This document shows positions 1 to 17,585 of a DNA stretch of 64,000 nucleotides, piece by piece. Location: assembly GCF_009914755.1 (NCBI RefSeq), contig NC_060929.1; one strand, given 5' to 3'. The notes beneath the pieces are model-generated. The model was given only the letters and a program-made list of their open reading frames with translations, made no database searches and was not told the origin of the DNA. Every line of letters begins with the position of its first letter. Positions within the stretch are counted from its first letter, which is position 1. The translations under genes were made by a program, and so were the position numbers. Source of the stretch: the human T2T-CHM13v2.0 reference genome, Homo sapiens.

Positions 1-469
1 TTTATTTGTGCTAGGTCATCTGCATATTGTTTAAACATTTTTCGAGGCTGGAAAGACTGCTCCCACTCAGGCAATTCTGACGTGGCGGCCCTTCTAATTT
101 ATATTCTCTAAATAATTCTTCATTTAGAGAAAACAGTCAGGGATTACAGTGAGGGAGGGTGACGTGCTGACGGGGACAGAGCTTGGCTTTTGATCATTCT
201 CCCCTTAGCTCTGCCCAGGCAAGCGTCCCTAACTCAGGGTATCGGAACCGATCTCCCTTAGAGGATTATGTTTCAACCACCAGCCTCAGCGGTTTACTCA
301 AATGTCCTTCCAGCCAAATGCAGAAGTCTCCCTGGGAGTAATTTTGGTGAAGTCAGCTTTTGCCTTTTTCATCACAGGCAGGCTTTAGTAGTTCCTCAAA
401 ACGTGCACCACAACTGCCCGGCTGCCAAACAGAAATGCTGATGCCTGGGCCCACTCTAGCCATTTGGCC

Positions 470-1650
470 TCGGCATCACGGTGCGGGAGCGTGGGGCGCA
501 GACTCGCATTGTCACAGGAACCTCCCGGCCTTCCGAAGAGCCCCGCGCCGGGGCCTTTGTCTCGCACGTCGGCTGGGGCGGGAGCTAGGTTCTCGCAGCC
601 TCCTCCCACCGCTCTGCGCCTTCTTTGTCCCTCCAGAAGCCGCCATCAAAGCTCAGCTCCTGATTAGGTTTCGGCCCCGCTGGCCGGCGCAGTCTCGGCG
701 ACTACCCCAGGCGGCCTGGCGCACGCGAGGATTCGCCGCGCCCCAGATGCAGGTGCCTCCCCTCCTTAGCCGCCGACCGACAGTGCACGCCGCGGCCGCC
801 GGAAGTGACAGCGCCTGTCGTTGGGGAGCTCCCGCCCCTTCCGCCTCGGCGCCCCGCCCAGGCCTCGCCCCTAGGTGTTCCCGCCCCTCCCCCTCCCGTG
901 TCGCTCGCTTTCTGTCAGCCTCTCTCCCTCTCCCTCTCCCCTCTCCTTCCTCTCGCTTCCTCTCTCGCACCTGAGCGTACGCACCTGCCCGGGCCCGGCT
1001 CCCTCCTCCTCTCCCCTCCCTCTTTCCCCGCCCGGCCGCGGGAGCCTCGTGGCTGCGTCACCGCCGCCCCCCCAGACAAGATGGACACCGCGGAGGAAGG
1101 TAAGTCGGCGACGCGCGGCGCCCGAGCCCTTGCGTCGGCGCCCGGGTTCGTACCCCGGCCAGGTCCGCGGCGCTCGAGGTGGGCTGCTGGATCGCGGCGG
1201 GGCGGACGCCTGGGCCGTTTGTCCACCCGCTGGGCCTCTGGGCCGGGGAGCGGAAGGTGACCCTCTGCGCGCCCCCCGCCGTTTCCCGCCCGCGCCGCCG
1301 AGGGGGGCGGGGACCCTGCCGGGCAGGGGCCGGGGCCGGGGTCGGGGCCTCGGGGCTACTGCAGGCCGGCGTGGCCTCCCTTGTCCCCGCCGTCGCGCGC
1401 TGGCCCAGAAAAGGGGGCCTCTGTCGCTGCCGTCCGGGGGCGTTTTCCGCACCCTTCCCCCACTGGGTTTTGTCTTTCTTTACGTCCTTCTGCCTATTGC
1501 TCGCCAGGCCCTACCCCCTCGCGACAGAACTTCTTTGTTGACTTTGAAACTTCGCGAAAAATACCCCGCCAGATGACGGCCGAGTGGAGTGAGCTGACCC
1601 CTGTTGAAAAGCCTGGTCCTCGGCTTGCCTGCCGCTCGAGAATCTGTTTA
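470..1650. promoter_or_regulatory. CpG island promoter over exon 1, TATA-less, ETS/GABP-type site CCGGAAGTG at 799-807, GC boxes
   Basis: Very high GC and CpG density around the ATG at 1081; pyrimidine-rich leader ~880-1030; strong Kozak context AAGATGG. Confidence 0.9.
1081..1099 (+). CDS. MARCHF6: exon 1 coding part (MDTAEE, phase 1)
   Basis: ATGGACACCGCGGAGGAAG|gtaagt. Confidence 0.96.
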
Positions 1651-3461
1651 CTAAACGGGGAGGCTCTTTTGTTGCGATCCATTTGGTTTTAAATCCTTGA
1701 CACCTATAAGCAGGGTTCTGTTTGTTTTGTTTTGCGATTGCTTGTGTTTTGGATACGGTTACATTGAACAAACTGACCCTTGTAAAATGAATACTTAAGA
1801 TATAAACGTCCACACCTTATGTCTCTTCAAACGCATTTTCTTACCCACTGAAGGTAGTAGATTATTTTTAACCAGCTGTGTTTTTAAATGAGTGGTGAGT
1901 TTATAGAGGAAATTACTAAATTTTGCTTTTTTTGATGTTCCGGTTATCGTGCAAATGCTTTTCTACTTTAGGTATATTTATGGGGGTATGAGCGTCTTTC
2001 AACCTTATGGGTTGCGATTTTGGCGATTTTAAACGAAAATGAATTATCAAACGCCGTCATGGAGTGCAATAATGAGTGAAAAAAGTTTGATATTATCTAT
2101 GTAATGAGTTGATAACGACCTATTTTTTTTTAAAGAAGTCTTGCCTTTAATAAAAACCTCAACTATAACATGTGGCACTTGATGTACATTCGCGTTCCAT
2201 CTTCGTAAAAAGCCTGTGGAATAGGTAGGTATTATCTTTTATAGATGTGGAAATGTAGGCTTCGTTATTTTAATAGCTTGTCGAAGCTTTACACAGGTAG
2301 TAAGAGGCAGATTTGAACCTAGGCATTCTGATTGCAAGTAATTTCCCTTTCATTATGCCACAGTGTGTTTATTATATACACTGAGTGTAGCTAATCGCCA
2401 CTGGAGACGCCTTTGGAAAAAATAGTAAAGCGAAACTGCTGAAGGTTGCGAACTATTTCTTTTTGACAGGTGGTCCTTGCGTGTAAATTTCCATCTACAT
2501 AGGTTTCACATCCTTTTAGATTCAGGTTTTAATGAGTAAATCTAGTAAGGCATGTATTTATCACAGGATAGGTACGGACGTATTACATTCAATTCTCATT
2601 CTTTTGGCCTGGGCATTGCTACTTGCATACTTTTATGGTGTGACAGTAATCTGTGGTAATTCAGGAATTGCGCTCGAAGCACGTATGGAATCATGAAATA
2701 TTTTCACTGTACTTCTAGTGCTTAAATATATTTTTTCTCTTGTAAAATTATAATCAGGATAAGGTATACATAACATTTATTTATTGAACACTGTTGCCTG
2801 TTAAAATAACATGTGCTGAAGACTCAACGTGTAGTATGTGCTTTACTAAACACTTTATATACATTTCATTTAATTCTCTCACATCGTTAGGTAGTCGGCA
2901 TTTTCATTTTACAGATGAGGAAACTGATGGTTAGTATGATTAAGTAACTTGTCCAGGATAATACAGGTAGTAAATGGCAGAGGCAAGATTCAGGCTCATG
3001 TCTGTCAGAGTCGCACTTAAATTAGATTATTTATTTATGAGTGTATACTACAAGTCCAATGTTGAAATTTATTTTTGTCACTCCCTCTATAGGATGAATC
3101 ATTTATATAATTTGGTGGAAACTTTATTTTGCTTTATTTTGTTTTATGAAATTATTAGTCATGAAATGCAAGTGAATTTTAGTGCCGTATTCTCATGCCT
3201 GCTTTTGCAAAATTCCAGTTTGGAAGTCTTCTGACATTTTTACAATTAAATTTAAGTTGAAATAACACTTAAAGGAAAAGGGAGGGTTATAGAGGATTAA
3301 AAATGATATAGCAAAGATGCCAAAAAACTAATAAAAAATGTTCTATTTGTGAAATCAGTTATTATAGGTTATTTCTTTAAAAAATGCGACTTAGGTTTTT
3401 TAAATCTGCTTAGAAATTTTTTGGTAGGAGATATTCAAAGTATGGCCAAACATAAAACTAA

Positions 3462-3877
<416 letters not shown>

Positions 3878-4904
3878 GGTTCTCTGTCCTTTAAAAATAT
3901 ATTTTAATATTCTGAGCAAAGAGATTAAGAATGTTACAAACACATCAACCGTGCATATAGTAAGTCTTCCCTTCCTTTTAAAAATAGCACATTGCTTGCC
4001 TCTGATGGTACCATATATGATAGTCTGATGCTCAGAATGTTATGCATTTGTAGTAATACTTAGTTCCGACATGGCTGTTTCATACTAATTGTTTGCTAGA
4101 TTTTAAAGATCTCTAAAGTTTCTTCAGTATTAAATTAATTTTTGTAAAATCAACAGGTTTATAATCCATTCTCATAATACAGGGATGGATAAATCATTCT
4201 TACTGTGTATATGTTATTTGTATGAGTGCAGATGTGTTATGTCAACTGCTATCCATCCTGACATTTTTAAACTTCAGAGCTATAGGAGACCTTAGACATT
4301 TGCCCTCCTCATTTTATGGGTTAGGAGTCCGATCCTGTAATGCACTGAGATTTCTCAGTTTCAGAGAAAAGTCTATCCTTTGGTCAAGGATATACTTTTT
4401 TTTTTTTTTTTAAAGGAAAAGCAGTACAATATTGGAATAGATGTTGCAAGTGTTGATGTGCAGTTCTCAAAGATAATATTAAACATTTTGTCATAGAATG
4501 CCCACATTTCGGCTCAGTGATATAAAGCTGAGGTTTTTTTTTTTTTTCTTTTCCATTTTGCTAAATTACTGCTTGTATTAGCACAACATAATACAAAGTC
4601 TTAGTAATTTTATTACAGAATACCAAAGCAGCTGTTCTTTATGCTTTACGGAACATATTCATTCGAAAAGTGTGAAGCTAAAGAGTATTATGGTTGATCA
4701 TGTTCTATATCACTATGGCAAAAATTTGAGGTAACTTAAATTTGGAAGAAATGAGTTAAAAGGATAGAAAGTTGTCAGAATCAGACAGCTAGTTCCTCTC
4801 TTTCTAGACCCACACAGTCTTCTTTGTTTCCAGAGATGTCTGCTGCATGTTTCTTACCACGCATTACCTTTCACTGTTTTGGCATGCTTGTGACCAAGTG
4901 TACA

Positions 4905-5565
<661 letters not shown>

Positions 5566-6902
5566 TGATATGCAGCCAGCTTTCTGTATTTGTGGGTTTC
5601 GCATCTGTGGATTCATCCAATGTCAGATGGAAAATACTTGGAAAAAAATAGATGATTACCTCTGTACTGAACATGTACAGCCTTTTTTTCTTGTCATTAT
5701 TCCTCAAACAATACAGTATGATGACTACATAACATTTATGTTATAATTATTCTAAGTAATCTAGAGATAATTTAAAGTACAGTTGACTCTTGAACAACAT
5801 GGGTTTTTGAACTACATGGGTCCACTTACACATGGATTTTTTTCTTCAATAAATATATTGAAAAAAATTTTGGAGATTTGCAGCAATTTGAAAAAACTTG
5901 CAGATGAACTGTGTAGTCTAGAAATAGTGAGAAAGTTAAAAAGTTATGTCATTAATGCATAAAATATATGTAGATACTAGTCTTTTACTCACTATCATAA
6001 AATATATACAAATCTGTCATGAAATGTTAAAATTTATCAAAACTTACACACACAAACATGTAATGGAGACTGTACATGGCACCATTCACAGTTGAGAGAT
6101 GTAAAGAAACTTAAAGATACAGTATTAAATCATAACTGCATGAAATTAACCGTAGTGCATACTGTGCTACTGTAATAATTTTGTGGCCACCTTCCGTTGC
6201 TGTTGTTGTGAGCTCAAGTGTTGCTGTTGTTGGAGCTCATCTCTCCAGTAAATTGTATATGGTAAAAAGTATCTCTCTGGATTCTCTTGTATTTTTCATT
6301 GCATTTAGTGCAGTACCCTAAACTTTGAATAACATGATGGGATCCATATGAGGTGCCACTAAGTGATGCTGGAAGTGCTCCAGGAAGCTGAAAAAAGGCA
6401 TGACATTATGAAGAAAAAGTCGAATTGCTTCATATGTGCCATAGATTGAGGTTTGTAGCTGTGGTTGCTGGCCATTTCAGAATGATTTATCTTGTAAACA
6501 GACAGGTATCAATAAATATGGTACAGTGCTGTAAATGTAATTTCCTTCTGATTTTCTTAATTTTTTTCTCTAGCTTTATTGTAAAAATAAAGTATATAAT
6601 ATAGAATACAGTATATAATATTACAATACATATTGTAAGAATGCAGCATATAATACAGTACGCAATACATATAATACAGTTTATGCATTCATGGCATAAT
6701 TTTATTTTTTTTGCTCCTTCTAAGCTACACAGTTCATCTTTTTTTAAATTGTTGTGAATTTCCAAAAAATTTTCCAATATATTTATTGAAGAAAGAAATC
6801 CGCGTATAAGTGGACCCATGTAGTTCAAACTGTGATGTTCACAGATCTGTACTTTAAATAATCTCCTGAGTACTCATAATACCTAGTATAATGTAATACA
6901 AA

Positions 6903-7233
<331 letters not shown>

Positions 7234-7291
7234 TTATGTTATGGGAAGGCTTCTGGTCACCAGTAGGCTGTTAGGAGTTTTCCATTAGTAG

Positions 7292-7619
<328 letters not shown>

Positions 7620-8469
7620 GTATGTGGATTTTTGATTGTGCAGGAGGTCGGTGCCCCTAACTCTTGTTCAGGGGACTCCTGTATATGGAAGGATGTGCAT
7701 AGGTTACTTGGAAATACTATGCTGTTTTACATAAGGGACTTGAGCATCTGTGGATTTTGGCACCTGTGGACTTCCTGAAACCAATCCCCCAGGGTTACTG
7801 AGTCTATCTCTTTCCTGGTTAAGACAAGTTTTTGTTTGTCTTAAATTCAAATTTCTGGAAGCTACAATCTCACTGGCTCATCTTGGGTCAGTTGCTTATC
7901 CTTTTGATCCAGGTAGCTGGGTGGTGGTGGGAAAGGTAATGGAAGAATAAGAATCATGACTGGCTGTGTCCATTCTTGAGCTGGTAAGACAGTGCAAAAG
8001 AGATCTGCTATATTGCTCAATTAGAATACTTTTTAGACTGAAGCCCTGTGAGTGATTATTGCTGGGCTATCCTCTTCCAGATGCCTACTTCCCATTTCTT
8101 CCAGGCCAGGCTTACTTTAGTGGGTTTTACTTCTGTCCTGTAAGACTATGAAGATCACTTATTTTTAGTATAATACAGGTAGAACAGAAAGAGTTCTTGA
8201 AAAGTGAATAGGAAGTAAGAACCCCCCAAGGGAAAACTTAATAATTCAGACTATATTTTAGAATGCTGTTGCAGTAGGCTAGATGAGATATAGGAGTTAC
8301 ATTAAGGTAGAGGGAATGGAAAGAATGGAAAAGAAGAAATAGACCAAGGTAGAATTAATAGAACATAGTAATTGAAGAGGTAATATAAGGAGGAGGAGTT
8401 AAAAATGATTGATTTTTATATTATTTCAAATGGGAATGGAAAGAGATAAGTAGTTCAGTTTTAGATATT

Positions 8470-8870
8470 GTTTTAGTTTGCAGGGGCTGCTGTAACAAAG
8501 TACTACAGATTGGGTGCTTAAGAGAAATTTGTTTTCTCAACTCTGGAGGCTAGAAGTTTGAGATGAAGGTGTTGGTAGGCCTGGTTTCTTCTGAGGTCTC
8601 TCTCCTTGGCTTGTAGATGATTGTCTTCTGTGTCTTCATGTAGTCTTCTCTCTGTATGTCTTCATGTAGTTGTCCCTCTATGTCCTAATCTCTTCTTTTT
8701 TTAAAGACGCTAGTCATATTGGATTAGGGCCTACTCTAAGGACCTCATTTTAACTTAATTACCTCTTTAAAGATCCTGTCTCCAAATATAGTTACATTGT
8801 GTATACATGCAGGTTAGGGCTTCAACACGTGAATTACGGGGGGAGGGGCAGTGCAATTCAGCCCATGATA
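8470..8870 (-). mobile_element. MLT1-type MaLR LTR
   Basis: GGGCTGCTGTAACAAAGTAC...CTGGAGGCTAGAAG...CAATTCAGCCCAT. Confidence 0.75.
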
Positions 8871-8950
8871 GACATGAATTCTTGAAGGCTTGGAAGACTG
8901 AAGCATTCCCTGTACACTTATTTTTTATAACTTAACTTCATTATAATATC

Positions 8951-9244
<294 letters not shown>

Positions 9245-9584
9245 TAATACACTTTTTACTTTCCTGTCTCTCTCCTTCCCTTCTGTCACCTCTTAATGTA
9301 TTCTGTAAAGATGGAATCAGGTTAATAAAGTATAATTTACACACAAATTTACCCTGTTTAGGGTGCAGTTCTGTTATAACACTTTTGAAATAGAATATTG
9401 GAGATTCCATGTCTTTTTTGATTACTTCCCCATTTACCAAATATTGGGTACATGTCTACTACGTATCTAGGACCTGTGCAACAATGTTTTCTGCATGTTT
9501 CATTTCTTCATTCCAAGTCCTTGAAAAGTGCCAAGAGGCATTTCTATTGAATGGAACAGTTTGAAGAGCATTGATGTAGCTAGA

Positions 9585-9985
9585 GTAGTGGTTTTCAAAG
9601 CTTTGTCCCAAGACCCCTTTACATTCTTAAAATTGAGGACCCAAAGGACTTTTGTTTATGTGGGTTTTATATGTAAAGATAGATATTTACCATATTAGAA
9701 ATGAAGAATGAATACAAATTATTTAGAATATTTAAAAGTAACAATAAACTCAATATATGTTAATAAAAATAACGTTATCTGGATTATTATAAGACAATTG
9801 GATTCTCATCTCTCCCTTTGCAGTCACTTTGTTAAGTGTTTTGGTTAGTGTATATAAAAATTCGGCATCACACAGATTTATAGCTTGAAAAGGGATGAAT
9901 ATTTTCAGATGTTTGTATGTTCTTTGATACTATGTCAAAACTTGACAAGTGGTAGTTTCTTAACGTATCTGAAAACATGGCAGTC
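9585..9985 (+). mobile_element. Charlie1-like hAT fragment
   Basis: TAGTGGTTTTCAAAG...GACCCCTTTACATTCTTAAAATTGAGGACCC. Confidence 0.65.
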
Positions 9986-10029
9986 ACCTTAAAAAATTAA
10001 ATTAACTGTTAAATTAAAATCCATTTGTC

Positions 10030-11445
10030 TGGTAGTGTAGCATAGAGTCCAGAAATAGATCCACACATACATGGACAGTTGATTTTTGGACAGAAGTGCA
10101 AAAGCAATTGCATAAAATATAAAGGATATCGTTTTTCAACAAATGGCACTGGAATAGTTGAATAGCTGTAGGAAAAAAAAAAGAACTTTGAGCTATAGCT
10201 TGTACCATATACCAAAATTAACTCAAAGGGCTGTTAGACCTCAATGAAAAACCTAAAACTATGAAACTTCTAGGGGAAAATATAGGAGAAATTCTTCGGA
10301 ATCTTGGGTTAGACCAAGATCTCTTAGGTATGACTCCAAAAGCATGATCCATAAAAGAAGTGGATAAATCAGATGGCATCAAAATTCAGAATTTCTTTCA
10401 AAATTAGAAAGACACTTAACAGAATGAAGACAGGATACAGAAGATGTATCTTATAAGGGGCTTGGAGTATATAAAAAATTCTCAGAACTCAGTAATAAGA
10501 AAACAATAACTCAGTTTTTAAAATGGTCCAAAGATTTGTATAGACACTTCACTAAAAAATACATGTACATGGCTATTAAGCATATGCAAATATGCTAAGC
10601 ATCATTAGTCAAAACCATAATGAGACACCACTTCACACCTGCTAGGATGGCTATAATCAGAAAGAACAGGTAAGTGTTGGTGAGCATTGTAGAAAAATTG
10701 GAACCTTCATTTGTTACGCTAGGAATGTAAGATAGTGTGACTGATTTTGGTAATTCCTCAAAAAGATAAGCTGAGTAACCATATGACCCAGAAATTTCAT
10801 ATACCCAAGAGAATTCAAAAAATATATTCACACAAAAACCTGTATATGAGTTAGCAGTATTATTTATAATAGCCAAATAGAAACAACCCAGTGTCCATCA
10901 ACTGATGAGTAGATAAATGTGATCTATTTGTAAAATAGAATATTACCCAGCAGTTCAAAGGAATTAAGTACTGATGCATGGTACAACTTGGATAAATCTC
11001 ATAAACATTAGGATAAGTGAAATAAGCCAGTCACAAAAGAACATATTTTCTATGATCCTATTTGTGTGAAATGTCCAGAATAGGCAAATCTATATATAGA
11101 GAAATTAGTGGTTGTCTGGAACTGGGGAGAGCAGATGGAGTAGGAAGTATCCACTAATAGTTACAGGGTTTCCTTTTGGGATGATGATAATGTTCTAAAA
11201 GATTATGGTGATGGTTGCGTAACTGTAAATATACTTAAAACAATTGAAGTCTTTAAATTGGTGAACTTTATGACATATATCTGAATAAAATTGTTAATTA
11301 AAACTACTGTGAGATATCATTACATACCTATTAGTGTGGCTAAAATGGTAATAGAATGACTGACCGTACCAAGTGTTTGTAAGGAGGTAGAGCAGTTGGA
11401 ATTTTCATATACTGCTGGTGGGAGTGTAAAGTGGTACACCACTTC
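10030..11445 (+). mobile_element. old L1 (L1M) ORF2 end and 3' UTR fragments
   Basis: CCAGAAATAGATCCACAC, AAAATTAACTCAAA, TGTCCATCAACTGATGAGTAGATAAA. Confidence 0.8.
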
Positions 11446-11956
11446 TTCTGGGGAGCAGAAAGCAACCTTCCGGGTACAGGTGAGCCAAGGTTGATGGGCA
11501 GTTATGCAGAGGGAGTTGGGATATCACTGTGTGTACCTGTGCAAGTCCTGGAGTGTGTTGGGTCCTCATCAGCAGGGCTGTATGAAGGTGTTCATTAAAA
11601 CAAAACTACTGATAGTGTGGCAGGAGCTAGAAAACACCCCTTTCTTCTTAGATATCCCTCCAGCACCCTCTACTGGCAAAGTTTAACTGCCCCTAGCCAA
11701 AAGAAAAGAAAAGAAAAGCTTAGCATCCCTATCACTGAACAGGGACTGAAAGGGAGAATTTGGAGTTGAGAAGGGGATACATGGATAACTAGCTCATTAC
11801 TGCTGAAATTGTTGGAATCATTCATTGCCTGTGCTGCTGAAGCTTGATGTTGCCCACAGCTATTGGGCAGAATCTCCACCATGACTTGCGTATCTGTTAG
11901 CAGGAGTCTGCAGTACCTGCCATTAGCTGCAACTGCTGGTTTTTAGAAACAAGTAG

Positions 11957-13403
<1,447 letters not shown>

Positions 13404-13649
13404 TTGTATTTGCTATTTTTAAGGGACTGTATACATTCCATATAGTGAATGTGCACCATTTATATAGCCGCTTCCCTATTTTGGGCTATATAGGTTATCT
13501 GCAGACATTTTGAGTAATATTTTTAATATATTTTCAAAATTGTCTACTATAATTGTAGCTACTAATTGTAAAAATTTTATTGATAATTACATATTAAACA
13601 TTCCTTGTTTACTTCAGCCAGATGAACAAGGTCAACATTAACAGTTACA

Positions 13650-14143
13650 TGTGGCATAGTGCCACGGTTATTACTTGAGACTGTCACTATGACAGTTACT
13701 GCTGTTACTACTTGAGACCGTCATTATGAGACTGAGTGAAGGGGGACAAATGTAGAAATGAAAAATTAAGACAAAAGAAACTTTTAAAGGAAGAAAAAAG
13801 GGGAAGAAAAAGAGGGCTCCCTGCTTCTAGGGAGCAAAGGCAGCAGCCTAGCTTCCACAGCCCTTAGAATTTATTGGGTAGAAAGAGCAGGGGGGAGGTG
13901 ATAATGACTGGTCAGCTGCTTAATTGATCACACGTTCATATTATTACGAACAGGCTTCAGATGTACCTAATCACAAGAAACTGAGCTTGGGGCGTGACTG
14001 CCTTCAGCATTCCTTCTGGGTGGCATAGGCAGTTTGTCAGTTTGCCAACATTCTGCGTTTATGAGAACAGTTTGCTGTTCACTCTTATAGCCTCCAGTGG
14101 TATACTGAGTTGATCACGACCCTCAGTCTTTCGGCCTCCAACA
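13650..14143 (-). mobile_element. ERVK-class solo LTR (LTR3B/HML-6-like) inserted in an old L1 fragment
   Basis: TG...CA ends, 494 bp, exact 6-bp TSD GTTACA; minus strand begins TGTTGGAGGCCGAAAG; subfamily from memory. Confidence 0.75.
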
Positions 14144-15530
14144 GTTACAAATCATGTTGATGGCATATCCCTTGATATGATATGATATGATATAAGATGC
14201 CACTTCATGTGATTTTTTCCTTCCCAAAACCCATAGCCCCAGTCTATTCATGAATCATGCAATTTCCAGTAAACAGACATTCTACAGTGTACCTGACCAG
14301 TACTCCTTAAAATTGTCAAGGTCGTCAGAAACAAGGAAAATCTGAGAGACTGCCCGAGCCCAGAGGAGCCCAAGGAGACATGACAACTAAATATATGTAG
14401 ATCCTAGAACAGAAAAGGGACGTTAGGTAAAGACTAAGGAAATCAGAATAAACCATGGATTTGAGTTAATGACAATGTATCAATATTGGTTAAGTGTAAC
14501 AAAAGTGTAACAAATCCTAATAAGATGTTAATAGTAGGGGATATTGTGTGCTGGGTATATGGGAACTCTGTACTCTCTTCATATTTTCTGTAAGTCTAAG
14601 ACTTCTAAAATCTAAAGTCTGTTAGTAATAAAAAATAATTCTTTGTATATTAAATTATCACTGATTTAACACCAGAAGGTAAGTGGAGAGATTTTGAAGT
14701 CTTACATCAAAGAACTTTCAAGATAGATAATAGCTTAAGAGTTATAACATGTACCCCAAAACTTAGAGTTTTATTTTTTTCCTCATACTAGGCACTTAGG
14801 ATAAATTATTGAACTGTACTGTTGGCTAGAAAAACTTTGATGAAATGGGCTGACTTCCACAGTGGTGGTGGTTTTCTTTCTTTCTTTCCCATCTCCTGGG
14901 CAATCTCCACAAGAATTTGAAAAATTACTAAGGACTTGAAGCTTTTTTTTTATTAAAAAAACCACTATTGTTTATTGAGCCAAGCTCTTTGGTGGAATCT
15001 TTAAAAGGTATCCATGTGTAAAGACATTAGGTATTCAAATACAGCAACAAAAATTGCTACAGGATTAAATAGAAATTTCCCTTTGAAAACCAGGAAGAGC
15101 TTTGCCATATTGTTTCTAAGTAGGTTTGCGTTCATAACAAGCAAGATGCATTGATTTTACTTTGGCCTGAGCAAGATTCATAATTTTACTGCATACGAAT
15201 CTGATGGGGGGGAGCCTCAATCTGCCACAGAACCTACTTCGGTGGTTTAATTTTTAGTAAAGGACTTTAAGCTGAGCCCTTTGTAGACTTCACTCTTTTT
15301 GTAGCCTTGGCCTTGTTACTCTGTTGAGGTTTTGGGTGGTGGGATTGGAACTAGTATACAAAACAGGCTATTCTTTTTTTGACTTTGTATGTTTGTAATA
15401 GTCGTACTTGCTTCATGTTTTTGCAAAGCTGCTAAGATTCTGTATAAAATAGGATCAGCTAAGTTATGTCGTAGTCACAAACTACCCTAAACCTCAGGAG
15501 CTTAAAGCATCAAAAGGTTAATCACTTCTT

Positions 15531-16155
<625 letters not shown>

Positions 16156-17271
16156 TTTCCAATGTGGGTGGAGGGGGAAGTGCTTTTGCTAACTGTAGTC
16201 ACTGGGGAGCCCAGCTTGATGGAAGCTCCATCCCTTACTGCATGCTTCCACGCCCATTGAGGCAGGGAAAATGCAGTGTGATGAATTGTGTTCATTGGCT
16301 TTCAGACACTTCTACCAAGAAGGGATACTTGTCATTGTACCTCATATTTCATTGACCAAAGTAAGTTACATGTCCATGCCTAATTTCAGAGGTGGCAGGG
16401 AAGTGCAGTTTCAGTGTATGCCCAGAAAGTGGAAAGTGAGAAATATTTGATGACCAATGCTGATGATTTCCAGTCCCTAACAACATCAGTTTCTACCTGG
16501 TTGGATGAAAAACGTGTGCTCATTGGGTGTACACTTCAATCTACAATTTCATTAGATGACATTTTAGAGAGGGAACAAGTATGTTTTTCATGTCATCCTT
16601 CTTTCTTATTTGTTCTTTCTTCCCACATGTCTGTGTAGACAGTACTGTAGAAGGCCTGTCGATTTCATTTTTCAAATTAAAGTATAATTTAAATACAGTA
16701 AAATTTACCTTATTTAATATCTATTTTGACAAATACATGCAGTCATATAGCCAGCACAGTCAAGGTATAGAATAGTTCCATTACCCCCCCCCCCACCCTT
16801 GCAAATATCCTTTACCCTTTTATGGTCAACTTTGTCCCCCATTTCCAGCCCCTGGCAACTACTGATCTGTTTCTGTCCCTATCATTCTGCTTTTTCCAGA
16901 ATGTCATAAATAGAACCATACAGTATGTAGTCTTTTGAGTCTGGTTTCTTTAACTTAATACAATGTTTGAGGGTTATCCACATCATCGTTGCATGTATCA
17001 CTAGTTCATTTCTTTTTATTGCTTAGTATTTTATTGTAGGGATGTACCAAAGTTTATCTATTACCCAGTTGTGGAATTCTTGAGTTGATTGTTTCTAGTT
17101 TTGGGGAATTAAGGATGAAACCGTTATACATACTCACATAGGTTTTTGTGTGAACATAAGTTTTTGTTTTATCAGGTTAAATATATATTAGTAGGATTTC
17201 TGGATTGTCTGGTAAGGGTGTTTTTATTTTCATTTTTTTGCCCTTTCAATAGGTATGGGAGTATCTTACTG

Positions 17272-17275
<4 letters not shown>

Positions 17276-17302
<27 letters not shown>

Positions 17303-17585
17303 GAGACAGGATCTTGCTTATAAACCCAGGCTGGAGTGCAGTGGCGCCGTCATAGCTCGCTATAGCCTCAAGCTCCTGGGCTCAAGCAATCTTTCTGCCT
17401 TAGCCTCCTGAGTAGCTGGGACTACAAGCAGACGCCATCATACCCTGCTAATTTTAAAATTTTATTGTAGATATGGGGGTCTCCCTATGTTCCCCAGGCT
17501 GGTCTTGAACTCCTGGGCTCATGTGATCCTCTTGCCTGAGCCTCCCAAAGTGCTGGGATTACAAGTGTGAGCTGCCATATCTGGC
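17276..17585 (-). mobile_element. Alu (J-like) inside an antisense L1 fragment
   Basis: Long T-tail then Alu consensus. Confidence 0.88.

Noticed and set aside
360-1813. Many overlapping 100-233 aa ORFs on both strands at the promoter
   Set aside because: Pro/Arg/Gly-rich by-products of a stop-poor CpG island; only 1081-1099 splices into the known protein.
1800-2700. AT-rich stretch with retained CpGs, possible conserved ncRNA
   Set aside because: Explained by an unmethylated CpG-island shore plus a MIR-like remnant (~2225-2335); no recognisable RNA motif.
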